A DNA stretch of 40,799 nt, from positions 1 to 40,799 of the IMG/VR virus record IMGVR_UViG_3300020045_002269; one strand, written 5' to 3'. Origin of the DNA: a virus. Taxonomy: Duplodnaviria; Caudoviricetes. The notes below the pieces were generated by a model that worked only from the letters and a program-made list of their open reading frames with translations, did no database searches and had not been told where the DNA came from. Below, piece by piece: positions 18,866-30,260 of this stretch. Positions within the stretch are counted from its first letter, which is position 1. Each line of letters opens with the position of its first letter. Position numbers and translations under genes: made by a program.

Positions 18866-20638
18866 ATGGCACAACCGATTCAATATACACCGCAGTTTAT
18901 TCAAACTGATGTAGGAGCTATTCAAGATAAATTAAATGCTAGGCAGGGTCAATACGATACTGCCTATGCTAGTACATTAGGTGCTGAAGACCAATTTGGG
19001 CAATTACCAGTGCATGCTAGAGATATAGATTTAAAGAATAAAGTTATAGGTGGTTTCAAGGATAGAATTAAGAATCTTGTTGACCAATATGGAGGTGATT
19101 ACGCTGCTGCATCTAAACAATTAGTTAAAGAGATAGTTAACACTAAACAAGATAAGTTCTTTGGACTAGCTGCTGAACGTAATAAATTAGCTGAAGAACA
19201 ACGTAGATTAGTTCAACAGTATGGTCCAGGAGCAATAGTTATTAAAGATGTTACCAAGCCAGATTTAGTTGATGCTCAAGGTAATTATATTAAACCAGAA
19301 GATTTAACTAGCGATGTAGTTAGTAGAAGACAGCTTACTGATATATTAGACCAAGACCACGGATTACTTAAAAATAAGAGCCGTGAATCTAATGTATCAT
19401 CTGATAGACCTGGATATTATAAATCTATGACTACTCAAGGAATAACTAATAATGAAGTTGCTGCTACTAGGGATGCAATGTATCAAACTTTAAAGAAAAC
19501 TAAACCAGAACTATCTGATGATATGGCTATGAATATTGCTGATGCTCAAGCTAGGTCATATGTACTTGGTAGTAAAAGTGATTATTTAAGTAATAAAGAA
19601 TGGGATGCTGCTAGTAGTAGAAGTAATATTCCACCACCTCCAGCGAATACTGTAGATTTATTCTTTGAAAATAAACCACAACCAGGAGGAGTTGTATCTC
19701 AAAGGACAAATGATTATAGGAATACAAATACAACAGTTAATCAAGGTGCTAAAATGATAGATTCAAGTAAGGCTGAAATTGCTAGGCTTGAAAAAGTTTA
19801 TTCGGACCAATATAATGCAATAAAAAAAGCTAATCCAAACTCTCCAGAATACGTTATAAAAGAAAGAGCGCAATCTCTTGGAACTCAACATATTCCATCA
19901 TTAATATCACAACAGAGAATAAATTTAAATAAAGGTCGCGAGCTATACAATTCTGGAGAGAATAAATTTAAAGAGAATAAGACATATAAGCAATTAATTG
20001 AATCTGGAGTACCTGGTAATGAGGCAAGAAATGTTGTACAAAGGAATATAGACGAAACAGATAATGTATTTGCTGCTGGAGTTACATTTAAAAGTCCTAA
20101 TGTAGATTTAGTATCTCAATCATTTGCTGGTGTTGAAGGTTCTACTAAAACCAAAGGTAGTGATGGTAAATATACAACATCTAAGAAAACATACACTGGA
20201 GCAGAGTTAAATAAAGCAGAAAATGTTCAATCATTTGGTATAGACCCAGGAACTGAAACTGCTAGATGGGTAGATGCTGATGGCGCTACTCATACTCTAC
20301 CATTAGCTAGTTCCAATAATATGGCAATAAAACGAGAAAGAAAGCAGTATAAGGCTGTTAAAGAAGCCGCTTCTGGTAAGTATGGATTAGGATTAACTAG
20401 AATTAATAAGGACCAAAGCGTTACTCCACTTGGTAGGAATGGAAGACATACTGGAGATGGCCTATATGTTTATACTGATTACGAAAATGGGAAATTAGTT
20501 TCCGAGATTGTTGATATAAAAGGAAATTCTGGCACTAAGTCAGATTTAAACAGATTTACTAAAGATTATTTAAATACAGTAGCTGCTGAATTTGGTGTTA
20601 AAACAGAAATACAGCCAGATAAAGTTATACCAGAATAA
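18866..20638 (+). CDS. putative virion cargo protein
   Basis: 590 aa with a helical N-terminus, between cargo genes; function inferred from synteny only. Confidence 0.55.
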   Translation: MAQPIQYTPQFIQTDVGAIQDKLNARQGQYDTAYASTLGAEDQFGQLPVHARDIDLKNKVIGGFKDRIKNLVDQYGGDYAAASKQLVKEIVNTKQDKFFGLAAERNKLAEEQRRLVQQYGPGAIVIKDVTKPDLVDAQGNYIKPEDLTSDVVSRRQLTDILDQDHGLLKNKSRESNVSSDRPGYYKSMTTQGITNNEVAATRDAMYQTLKKTKPELSDDMAMNIADAQARSYVLGSKSDYLSNKEWDAASSRSNIPPPPANTVDLFFENKPQPGGVVSQRTNDYRNTNTTVNQGAKMIDSSKAEIARLEKVYSDQYNAIKKANPNSPEYVIKERAQSLGTQHIPSLISQQRINLNKGRELYNSGENKFKENKTYKQLIESGVPGNEARNVVQRNIDETDNVFAAGVTFKSPNVDLVSQSFAGVEGSTKTKGSDGKYTTSKKTYTGAELNKAENVQSFGIDPGTETARWVDADGATHTLPLASSNNMAIKRERKQYKAVKEAASGKYGLGLTRINKDQSVTPLGRNGRHTGDGLYVYTDYENGKLVSEIVDIKGNSGTKSDLNRFTKDYLNTVAAEFGVKTEIQPDKVIPE

Positions 20639-20645
20639 ATATAAT

Positions 20646-23600
20646 ATGGGATATATAATAAATAATAATGAATCAATAGACCCTACCACTGGACTTACTG
20701 GTGGTAGTAAGTTAAAGAACGATTTTAAGGCTACTGATAATAATACTGGAGCTATGACTAGGTCTGAGTCTGCATCAATGTCAAATCTCGTAGATATTCC
20801 TACAAGAACAGTATTTAATGGACAAGAAGGAAGTGTTTATGATGAAGGAATTGAATATGGAGAAGATATTCAACAACATCGTCATGAAGAACAGGGTTTC
20901 TTTGGTTCATTAGGCTCTGCATTAGTTCAAACTGGTGCTACTTTGGCTGGTCAAACGTTACAAGGTGTTGGTTATTTAACTGATATCGAACAAATTGGTA
21001 ATGTATTAACTGGAAGAGAAACTGAATTTAATAACTTCTTAGCTCAAGCTGGTACTGATTTAATTGAAGCTGGAGCTGATATTGCGCCTATATATCAAGA
21101 CCCATCGAAAGAAGGTCAAGTTAATCTTGGTGATTGGACTTATTGGGCTGCTAATGCACCTTCAATAATATCTACATTATCAATGATGCTTCCTGGTATG
21201 GCTGTGGCTGGTGCTTTAGGTAAAATTGGTGCTATCAGTAAAATGGGCGCATTAGCTCAATGGGGGATTAAAGGTGCTGCTGGTGCTTTAACATCAAGAT
21301 ATATAGAGGCCTCAATGGAAGCTGCTCCGTTGGTAAAACAATTTGAAGATTTGGTTGGTAAACAACTTACTATGTCTCAAGCGCAACAGATTAAGAAAGA
21401 ATATGGTATAGATATTCCTGGTAGTTATGACCAAGAAACTGGTTCTATTGGCTTCTATATAACTCCAGAATTAGCTAAAGAGGCTGGTGGTAAGGCTGCT
21501 GCAAATAATTTCAAGCATAACATGGCTTTAATAGCTACTGATTTACCTCAATTCCTTGTAGCAACTGCACCATTTGGTAGTATTAGTAAAGCCGTTACTA
21601 AAACTATGGCTAAAACATTAGGTAAAGAATTTATGCCTATATTAGCTAAAAAAGGTGCTTCAACTGCTTTTCAAATGACTACTGAGGGTGCTGAAGAAGG
21701 CTACCAATATATTACTTCTGAAGATGCTAAGAATGTTGAATTAGCTCGCATGGGTTTAATTGAGAAATCAGAGTTAAGTGATAGAGTTGCTAAATATGTA
21801 ACTGATGGAGAATTTACTACATCTGCTATATTTGGGGCTTTAGGTGCTGGTGTTATGATGAGCGGCATGAAAGGCATTAATAAGTTGAAGGCCATAAAAA
21901 ATGGTGGTCAATCAGAAGATGAACTACGATTAGAAAATGCTGAGTCGTGGGCTCCAACTGTTAATGCATATACTGAAGAACTAAAGAAAGCTGAAACTTC
22001 TGGTGATGAGAAAGAATATAATAGAGTTCATAATGAATATCTTACATCATTAGGCATTAAAGCTGCTGCTAATCAGAACTTTGATGCATTAGTTGATTTT
22101 ATTGAAGCTGGTAAATCTGGCGAAGCTAAAGATGTTCAAGAGTTAGGATTTGATGAAAATACTGCCAAACATCTAAAAGAGAATGGTGATAAAATTATAG
22201 AGAAACTTAAGGCTACTGGCAAAACATTTCAGCAAAACCTTAATGAAACTGGTGGTAATAGAACTCAAGCTGAGATATTAACCCTAGCCGATGTCAAGGT
22301 TGATAATTATACTGATACTGCAAGACAATCATCATTAGATGTAAATAAGATTATCAATGATGATAAGAACTGGGTTCCAGCTAGTGGACAAACCAATATA
22401 CCTGTTCCAACAAGATTAAAAGATGCTACACGATTAGACGAAGAAGTTATTCATTGGAATAATAAGTTGGCTGAAAATACCATTGCTTTAACTGAGGCGG
22501 AGTCTAAAGTTGGTACTGGCAAGGAATCATTTGTTGTAAATGAACTTAAACGTAAGAATGAATTAATAAATAGCAATTTAGAAAGAGTTGCTAAAGAAAG
22601 AGAGTCATTAAATTATACCAAAGAAGAACACACTGCTGACTTAAATTTATTCTCATTAAAACCTACAGTTAAGAATGAGATTAGTAAATCAGTTAAAGAA
22701 AAGACTACTAATGAATATGAATTGGCAGATAATCTTCATGCTAGTAAGTTTTATAGAACCGAAGAAGGCAAGTCATTCTTAGATAAGAAACGTTATGAGG
22801 TATTTAAAAATAAGATTAAAGAAGAAGTTAGCAATGCTAAAACTCCAGAAGAAGTAGTAAGTGCTTTAGAAAAAACTGGTGATAAACCTGTTGATAAAAT
22901 AATTAAAGAAGAGGTTACAAAGAAGGCTAAAGAGGCTCGACAGGTTATTACAGACGAAGAAGATACTGGTGTTAATTCTGATTTACCATCGTTTGGAAGT
23001 GAAACTGCTGCTAATATACTTAATAACACATCTATAGCTTCTCCAGAGATTCAATCGCAAATAGATAAATTAAATGATACTAGAAGAAGCCAATTAAGTT
23101 CACTTAATCCATATAATGACACCACAGATACTAAGGTTCAAAGAGAGAAGGTTAGGAATGGTATAAATAAACAGTTTGATGATAAAATATCTGAATTGCA
23201 AAAAGCTCGACAAACCGAAGAAGAAGTTATTGCTGGACAGGCTAGAGAAGAATCATATCAACAGAATTTAGAAGCTGATAGAGCTATTGAGGCTAAGATT
23301 ATAGAAGATGAGAAAAAGATTGATACAGTTAAAGCTGTAATGAAAAAGGTTATTGGTCAACAAAATACTCATTCTGTTGGAAAAGATGTTGCTGAATTTC
23401 TTAAACAATACCCACAACATAGTACTCTATTAAATAAAGATGCATTAGAAAGTGTAGAAGAATTTAATAAGTTACTAAATACTGAGATAATTAAATACGT
23501 TGCTGGAAATGGAGAGTCAACTGCTTTTGTAAAAGACCTACATGGATTTTATAAAATTAAGTATGATAATGAACAACAGGCTAAGGCTAACGCTGAACCT

Positions 23601-26600
23601 ACTGCAATTCAAACTAAGCCAATCCAGTCCGATAAAGATGCTAGTACATCAAATAATCCAGATGGTTCAAAAACCATTAGAATGCCAGGAAGAAGTGGTG
23701 ATGACTTTATTGTGCCAACTATGTACACCAATAAAGATGTACTTAGTCAAGATGAGATGGATAGGTTTGAAATCACTCCAGATGATGTTGTTGAAATAGC
23801 TTTACATACTGGCGATTCTTATATGGAGAGCTCTACTGAGTTGGATAAGAAAATAGCCTTAAGGAAGTTTGTATTATTTGTTAGAAAAGGTAATAAGATT
23901 ATTGTTATAGGAAATTTACCCGCATCTAAACAAGGTGATACTGCTAGTAAAATTGGTGCACTTAGAGCTAAATTAGATACTTATTATAAAGATAAATCTA
24001 ATGTAGGTAAGAATAATACCATTGATACCAAAGTGAAAGGTACTGCTCATAAGATGTTTGTTTATATGCCAAATGGTAATAAATTCACTTCTAAAGTTGC
24101 TGGTTATGTATCTGATTATAGTATTGATATAAAACAAGTTGATGGTGTTGATAAAGTTCAAAGACATTCACCCAATACCAAGAATTTAATTCAATCTAAG
24201 GCTAGTAGTAAAAAAGCTGATGCAACTACTTCATTATTAGAATTTGTAAAGAAAGCTGGTGGATTTCTAATTGGTTTTGTTGAACAGAATAGCGTTATAA
24301 GTTGGGGTGAAAGACTTGTCCCTAACATGGATAAACCAATACCAGTTCATCCTAGTCCATCTAAAAATGACAGACAAGTATTAAGTGACAAGTTATTAGT
24401 TGATGATAAGAATTACACTGAAATAATTGCTACATATATTAAAGAGCATGATAAAGTTAAAGCTAGTAAGAAAGCTGAATTGATTGGTGTATCCTACGAA
24501 GAATACGCACAGAATACTTATGGTGAATATCGTGGATTTGATAAAGAAGAATATGGTGGAGCTGACAAAGCTATATTAGCTGCTAAAGAGTGGACTAGAG
24601 AGAAATACGCAGAAGAATCTAATGGTAGTGTATTTGTTGGAATACCTAATCCAGCTGCGCCATGGGATACTTTAATTATTAGAGCTTTCTATAAACCAAT
24701 GTCATTACTTACTGGTGAGCCTAAAAAAGTATTGTTAGAACGCATTAATAAAGCTATATCTGACAATGAGAAGCTTGGTACTTCCAGGATGTTAGAGGCG
24801 TTGAAAAAGGTTATTTTCCTTAACGTAAAGGATGATAAATTATTCTTTGACAAACTATCAAAACTACCTATTGCCAAGTTCAAAGAAGTAATGAAGGCCT
24901 TACAACAAGACCAATTACCAGAAAACTATGTTAAAGAGTATGGTATCATTAAATCAATTCTAAATAATGCTAGAATAAAGGTCAATAAGGAACTATTCAA
25001 TAAGCCAGCAGGCGAATGGACAGACAATGCAATTGGAGATAACAGTAAGCCTTATAATGATGCTATAGCTGATTATATCTTCTTTACAATTAAACCAGAA
25101 ACACCTTTGAATAATGTTTCAATAATGGTTGAAGAAAACTTTACAGAACAAGTTAAGGTTGAGAAAGTTATTCCAGTAAAACAAGTTGATAATGCAGTTC
25201 AATCAGAACCAGTATTGACTAAGGTTGAAGAATCCGTTGTATCTAATCCAGTTATACTTGAAAAAGCCCAAGAAGATGTAGTTGAAGAAGTTAAACTAGT
25301 TGAAAAACCAGTTATAGTTGGCAAAACGATTGAGCAACAGATTAATGAGTTAGAAAATTATAGAGACACTGCGATTGATTTGCTTCCAGTAGTCAAGAAA
25401 ACGATATATACTCCATTGACTATTGATAATATTAAATCAATAACTAATGAAACTATTCTTACTACAAACGGTAAATCTCCATCAAAATTAAAAGAATTCA
25501 AGATGAATAACGATGGTTCTTTTGAGATATTTAGTATTTCAGAGAACGCACCATATAAATCTAAATCAATAGAAGGATTAGTGCGCACCGTAAGGGATTT
25601 TGCAGGAGAAGATATTGCTGGCTTTAAAAGCCAGCAAGACGACAGTCAAATTTACGAAATAAAATCTAAATATGCTAAATTAATTTCAGAACTTAAATCC
25701 CAACCAAAAGAAGAGGTTAAAGTAATGCCTACAATTGAAGAAAAACCAAATCCAACCGCATTTGCTTTACTTGCTAAGAGTGAAGAAGAGGATGATGAAG
25801 ATTCGAGAGATGATGACTATTATGAAGGTTTGGCTGAGTCAGAAATACCTGTAGAAAAACCTGATGATAGAGATGCATTAATATCTAAGTTTGGTAAAGA
25901 TGTAATTAACAACAAACCATTAACTCCAAACAATACTGACAGCGACTTATTTGAGTTATTTGGTAAACAATCACATAAAGACCGTGAAGAATATGAAGAA
26001 TTTAGTCCAGCCTTTGAAACAGAAGAAGACTATAACGTTTATTTAGAAGATTATAACAAAAGGAAAGCTGCATATAATAATGGTAAAGTAAGTTTATATC
26101 AATCCACTGAAACCGTTGCTAAAGATAGTGCGAAAGAATTAGCTTGGTTTAAGAAATATTTTCCACATATATCAGTAAATGAGTTAGAAGAAATTCGTGA
26201 TATGGTAAGAAATGTAACTAGTGGTGGACATACTGCTTGGGCCGCTTATCATAATGCTGCTATATGGGTTCGTGATAATATGCCAGAAGGTACTGTTTAT
26301 CATGAGGCTTTCCACGTTATATTCAACTTAGCATTAACTGAAAAAGAAGTTAATCGATTATTATTTCAAGCAGAGGGTACTACCTTAGAAGAAAAAGAAG
26401 AGTGGTTGGCCGATAAGTTTAAGGAAATACTACTTGGTAGAAAAGCTGATAAATCAACTAAAGGATTTATGGCTAAGATATTTAGGAAACTTAAACAATT
26501 CCTTAATGCTGTATGGACTAATAAAAATAGTTTTAATTTACATGAACTTGCTAATCGTGTTGAGCAAGGTAGATATACTAAGTTAAGGACTAGTAATTTT

Positions 26601-29600
26601 AATGACCCAACACTTAGGTTGTATAAAGAGATAGCTGGATGGGATTATTCTAAAAGTAAAGTTGCTACTGATAGTATCAATAAGTATATTGTTACTATGT
26701 TATTGCCTTATCTCAGAGAAACATATCCAGCTATGACTGATATGAATGATGCTGAGGTAATGACCTCTTATATCCAGAATAAAAAAGATACCTATGCTTG
26801 TCAAAAAGACATAAGAGATATGCTTAGATTAAAGGCTGATACACTTGCTGGTTCAGCTAAAGCTAATCTATTGTACCTGGTATCAAAGATGTTTAGCCAA
26901 GAAGGTAAACCACTACCATTAGTATTTGCATCATGGGAAGAGCTCAACAAGAATCAAGGTATTATTGTAAAGATTAATAGTGTTGAAAATAAGTCAGTTT
27001 CTATAGAAGAATATATGGAAGCTATTGACGACGATACTAGTAAAGCTGAAGTATATGATGTAAACTTTATTAGTAAATCTAGTAAAAATACAGCTCCATC
27101 AGAAGTAAAGAATGTTTTGAGATACTTAAAAACCAAGGAAAAGAATGAATTTGGTTTACCTAAATATTATGGTTATGACCAGACTTATAACACATTACTA
27201 AAACAATTATCAGGTATTACTACTGTTGATGAAATGAAAGAAATTCTTACTAAGAATGTTAAGAATTATCCCCAATATAAACAGTTGCTGAATATGATTA
27301 AAAAAGATGCATCATTTGGTACATCAATGTTTCAAGCATTTAATAGACCAAATATGACTTTCTTATATCTATATGCTGATAAAGATGGTAATGTGAAAGT
27401 TATGGATGCCAATAAGTCAGGTGTATCAGATTCAGTTTATAAAGGATGGGCTTATGGGTTTAATAATACTAAGAGCAATTTCTTTAAAGGTAAAGTGAGC
27501 GGGGCTAATGGTGGTAAGAAATTGGCTGAATTTGAGGTAATTGCTAAGAATTTATTATCAGAAGACTATTCAAAAGAAGATATTGACAATATGTCATCTT
27601 TACTTAATTCTATAGGCATAGATATTTCTTCTGATACTTTATATAGTATGAGAACTAATCCAGAAGTAAATATAAGCGATTTACTTGCTAGTAATTATAA
27701 CTCATTACTATCTATCTTCAAGGCCATGGATGCTGGTGAAAATCCATTTGAAGGTGTTGGAACAGATGATAAGAAATCTGTCAAGAGATTAGCATACGAC
27801 TCATTGAGGAAGATTGCTAAGATGGTTAAAGATAATTCTCCATCAATGTTTGAAACTAGTCATATTAGTGTTGGCAAGGAAAAGGTTTATTCTCAAATAG
27901 TACCACAATTTATTAGTACATTGGTTCATAATTTACATGACCCTAAAAAGGTTTTAGATATACTTGATAACTATTCTAAAGACCCATTATTTGCCACTGG
28001 TAGAATTGTTACTAATGAACCATTTAATATAATCAGAGATTTCAAAGTTGATTTGGCTACCAATAAACCAAAGGTTGTATTTAATAACATTATATTACAA
28101 AAGTGTTTACAAGCTTTTATAGATAACAAATATCAGTATTCAGAAATTCCTGGTGCTATAGATAATAATATAGAGAAAGAGAATAAGGTTAGAGAGCGAT
28201 TAAATGAGATAGTTAATATAGCTATACTAGAAGGTAAGAATATCTACAACTCCAGAAAAGAATATTCTAAGTATGAAGATAATGACCTAAAGCATGCTGC
28301 AATGACTTTATTCTTTAATAATAAGAGTCAGAAGAAAGTTATTTTAAGAATGCCTCCATTATCGGATTCACCCAATATGTTGACTATTGCTGTTGATAAG
28401 TTATCAAAAGATGATGCAACTACAGCAATTATTAATATTTCTACTGGAGAATATAATAGGATACAGAATTTAGCTAAGAATAATGCTGTTAATCCTATAA
28501 AGAATTATGATGATGATGCTAGTTTAAAAAGTACTAAAACTGGTTATGTAGTTGCTACTATGTTTAATGGTTTTGAAGGTAATCCTTCTGATAATGTTGA
28601 GGCTGCTAAAGAGGTTATTAATGAATACTTTGCTAAACAAGCTAAAGATTACTCTAATAAACTTGCTAAGTATAAATTAGTTGTAATGAATGGTGTTCAA
28701 ATCAATAAGAAAGAATCTAAGTTAGGCAAAGACTTATTGAATTACATGGATAACAAAGATGGCGTATTGAGATATGTTGAAGAAATGCTAATGAATACTA
28801 TGGTATCTGTTAGCGGAATGTCTTTATTATCTATCGGTGACCCAGCATTTTATAAAGGTAAAGATGGCAGCGTTGCTGTTGATTATATAAAGAGAGCTAA
28901 GGAGATATTTTCTCCTAAGTCAGTTCCAGATACAAGTGCTTCTTATGAGGTTCACGAAACTAATGGTAAATATAGGGAAACAGTCAATGCTGGTACTCAA
29001 TATACTTCAATATATGTAAAAGATGTTGAAATAGTAGCTCCGTCTATTAATGGTATAACTGAATTCTTTCAATCACAAGTTGACTCTGGTAATATTACTC
29101 AAGAGGAAATGGATAGTAATATCAAGAATTGGGGTAAAGTTAATCACACTGATGCTCAAGCATTTATTACACCTAGTTTCTATAGAAGAACTATGGTTGC
29201 ACATAAATTATGGACTGATTCAATGCAGAGAGCTTATGACAACTTAATCCAAGGTAAAGGTACTGGTGCTGATATTATCACATTACAGCCTATTAAACCA
29301 TTTATGTTCGACCAGAGATTAGATTCTAGTCGTAACTTAATGATACCTAATCAACATAAGAATAGTGAGTTTATATTATTTCCGCAGTTGGTTAATGGTG
29401 AAACCAAGTTGAAAGCGCTATATGATTATATGAACAGGAATAATGTTGATATAGCTAATTTCAATAGCGCTGTTAAAGTAGGCGAATCTGGTGCAATAGG
29501 ATTTGATGAATTGACAGTCGATAAGAAAACTCCATTACACCATATTATTAATATGGAACACAGAGGTATTCAACAAGCCACACCAGAACATCATATTGGT

Positions 29601-30251
29601 TCAACTGGACCAGTATCTACTCAGTTACAAGTAAATGCTATAGCTAACTTAACTGACAAAGATAAAGATGGTAATTATGTTATTTACACTATTAACGGAA
29701 GACCATTTACTCATTCTCAATTACAAAATCATTATATTGATTTAATTGAAGCATCTGTAATTGAGGCTTATGATAATGTTGAAGATGAGTTTTTGACTAA
29801 TGGGAAACTCGATTGGATTAAGGTATCATCTATACTTAAATTAGCTGCTGAAGGTGAGCAATTACCACAAGACTTTGTTGATGCAATTAGTTATAATAGT
29901 AAAACTAGTAAGATTAATTTGCCACCATTTGACCCATTGTTTGGTACTAAAATGGAATCTATATTTCACTCAATGGCCAGAAATAAGATTACTAAGCAGA
30001 AGATTAACCAAGCTTCATTGATACAGCTATCGTCTGTTGGACTTAATAATGACCTTAAATTAGTATTCAAATCACAAGAAGATAGGGTTAATTATAAGAA
30101 AGATTTGGTAGAGTCAGAAAATATAACTATATTTGCGGAATTATCTGATGAATATCGTATTCCATTAGAAGCTAAGGGTTATAATGAAGAGTTATGGAGA
30201 GAATTAACTAAAGAAGAACAAGAACATGCTAAGAAGTGTACAACAGTATAA
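20646..30251 (+). CDS. giant virion protein: membrane/ejection N-terminus, zincin-like domain and N-terminal (beta-like) part of the virion RNA polymerase
   Basis: Likely ATG at 20646; Gly/Ala hydrophobic helices and EGAEEGYQY; HEAFH at 26301-26315; RNAP-type motifs DYIKR, TDAQAFIT, QPIKPF, QHKNSE, SAVKVG, STQL. Confidence 0.8.
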   Translation: MGYIINNNESIDPTTGLTGGSKLKNDFKATDNNTGAMTRSESASMSNLVDIPTRTVFNGQEGSVYDEGIEYGEDIQQHRHEEQGFFGSLGSALVQTGATLAGQTLQGVGYLTDIEQIGNVLTGRETEFNNFLAQAGTDLIEAGADIAPIYQDPSKEGQVNLGDWTYWAANAPSIISTLSMMLPGMAVAGALGKIGAISKMGALAQWGIKGAAGALTSRYIEASMEAAPLVKQFEDLVGKQLTMSQAQQIKKEYGIDIPGSYDQETGSIGFYITPELAKEAGGKAAANNFKHNMALIATDLPQFLVATAPFGSISKAVTKTMAKTLGKEFMPILAKKGASTAFQMTTEGAEEGYQYITSEDAKNVELARMGLIEKSELSDRVAKYVTDGEFTTSAIFGALGAGVMMSGMKGINKLKAIKNGGQSEDELRLENAESWAPTVNAYTEELKKAETSGDEKEYNRVHNEYLTSLGIKAAANQNFDALVDFIEAGKSGEAKDVQELGFDENTAKHLKENGDKIIEKLKATGKTFQQNLNETGGNRTQAEILTLADVKVDNYTDTARQSSLDVNKIINDDKNWVPASGQTNIPVPTRLKDATRLDEEVIHWNNKLAENTIALTEAESKVGTGKESFVVNELKRKNELINSNLERVAKERESLNYTKEEHTADLNLFSLKPTVKNEISKSVKEKTTNEYELADNLHASKFYRTEEGKSFLDKKRYEVFKNKIKEEVSNAKTPEEVVSALEKTGDKPVDKIIKEEVTKKAKEARQVITDEEDTGVNSDLPSFGSETAANILNNTSIASPEIQSQIDKLNDTRRSQLSSLNPYNDTTDTKVQREKVRNGINKQFDDKISELQKARQTEEEVIAGQAREESYQQNLEADRAIEAKIIEDEKKIDTVKAVMKKVIGQQNTHSVGKDVAEFLKQYPQHSTLLNKDALESVEEFNKLLNTEIIKYVAGNGESTAFVKDLHGFYKIKYDNEQQAKANAEPTAIQTKPIQSDKDASTSNNPDGSKTIRMPGRSGDDFIVPTMYTNKDVLSQDEMDRFEITPDDVVEIALHTGDSYMESSTELDKKIALRKFVLFVRKGNKIIVIGNLPASKQGDTASKIGALRAKLDTYYKDKSNVGKNNTIDTKVKGTAHKMFVYMPNGNKFTSKVAGYVSDYSIDIKQVDGVDKVQRHSPNTKNLIQSKASSKKADATTSLLEFVKKAGGFLIGFVEQNSVISWGERLVPNMDKPIPVHPSPSKNDRQVLSDKLLVDDKNYTEIIATYIKEHDKVKASKKAELIGVSYEEYAQNTYGEYRGFDKEEYGGADKAILAAKEWTREKYAEESNGSVFVGIPNPAAPWDTLIIRAFYKPMSLLTGEPKKVLLERINKAISDNEKLGTSRMLEALKKVIFLNVKDDKLFFDKLSKLPIAKFKEVMKALQQDQLPENYVKEYGIIKSILNNARIKVNKELFNKPAGEWTDNAIGDNSKPYNDAIADYIFFTIKPETPLNNVSIMVEENFTEQVKVEKVIPVKQVDNAVQSEPVLTKVEESVVSNPVILEKAQEDVVEEVKLVEKPVIVGKTIEQQINELENYRDTAIDLLPVVKKTIYTPLTIDNIKSITNETILTTNGKSPSKLKEFKMNNDGSFEIFSISENAPYKSKSIEGLVRTVRDFAGEDIAGFKSQQDDSQIYEIKSKYAKLISELKSQPKEEVKVMPTIEEKPNPTAFALLAKSEEEDDEDSRDDDYYEGLAESEIPVEKPDDRDALISKFGKDVINNKPLTPNNTDSDLFELFGKQSHKDREEYEEFSPAFETEEDYNVYLEDYNKRKAAYNNGKVSLYQSTETVAKDSAKELAWFKKYFPHISVNELEEIRDMVRNVTSGGHTAWAAYHNAAIWVRDNMPEGTVYHEAFHVIFNLALTEKEVNRLLFQAEGTTLEEKEEWLADKFKEILLGRKADKSTKGFMAKIFRKLKQFLNAVWTNKNSFNLHELANRVEQGRYTKLRTSNFNDPTLRLYKEIAGWDYSKSKVATDSINKYIVTMLLPYLRETYPAMTDMNDAEVMTSYIQNKKDTYACQKDIRDMLRLKADTLAGSAKANLLYLVSKMFSQEGKPLPLVFASWEELNKNQGIIVKINSVENKSVSIEEYMEAIDDDTSKAEVYDVNFISKSSKNTAPSEVKNVLRYLKTKEKNEFGLPKYYGYDQTYNTLLKQLSGITTVDEMKEILTKNVKNYPQYKQLLNMIKKDASFGTSMFQAFNRPNMTFLYLYADKDGNVKVMDANKSGVSDSVYKGWAYGFNNTKSNFFKGKVSGANGGKKLAEFEVIAKNLLSEDYSKEDIDNMSSLLNSIGIDISSDTLYSMRTNPEVNISDLLASNYNSLLSIFKAMDAGENPFEGVGTDDKKSVKRLAYDSLRKIAKMVKDNSPSMFETSHISVGKEKVYSQIVPQFISTLVHNLHDPKKVLDILDNYSKDPLFATGRIVTNEPFNIIRDFKVDLATNKPKVVFNNIILQKCLQAFIDNKYQYSEIPGAIDNNIEKENKVRERLNEIVNIAILEGKNIYNSRKEYSKYEDNDLKHAAMTLFFNNKSQKKVILRMPPLSDSPNMLTIAVDKLSKDDATTAIINISTGEYNRIQNLAKNNAVNPIKNYDDDASLKSTKTGYVVATMFNGFEGNPSDNVEAAKEVINEYFAKQAKDYSNKLAKYKLVVMNGVQINKKESKLGKDLLNYMDNKDGVLRYVEEMLMNTMVSVSGMSLLSIGDPAFYKGKDGSVAVDYIKRAKEIFSPKSVPDTSASYEVHETNGKYRETVNAGTQYTSIYVKDVEIVAPSINGITEFFQSQVDSGNITQEEMDSNIKNWGKVNHTDAQAFITPSFYRRTMVAHKLWTDSMQRAYDNLIQGKGTGADIITLQPIKPFMFDQRLDSSRNLMIPNQHKNSEFILFPQLVNGETKLKALYDYMNRNNVDIANFNSAVKVGESGAIGFDELTVDKKTPLHHIINMEHRGIQQATPEHHIGSTGPVSTQLQVNAIANLTDKDKDGNYVIYTINGRPFTHSQLQNHYIDLIEASVIEAYDNVEDEFLTNGKLDWIKVSSILKLAAEGEQLPQDFVDAISYNSKTSKINLPPFDPLFGTKMESIFHSMARNKITKQKINQASLIQLSSVGLNNDLKLVFKSQEDRVNYKKDLVESENITIFAELSDEYRIPLEAKGYNEELWRELTKEEQEHAKKCTTV

Positions 30252-30260
30252 AAATATATT

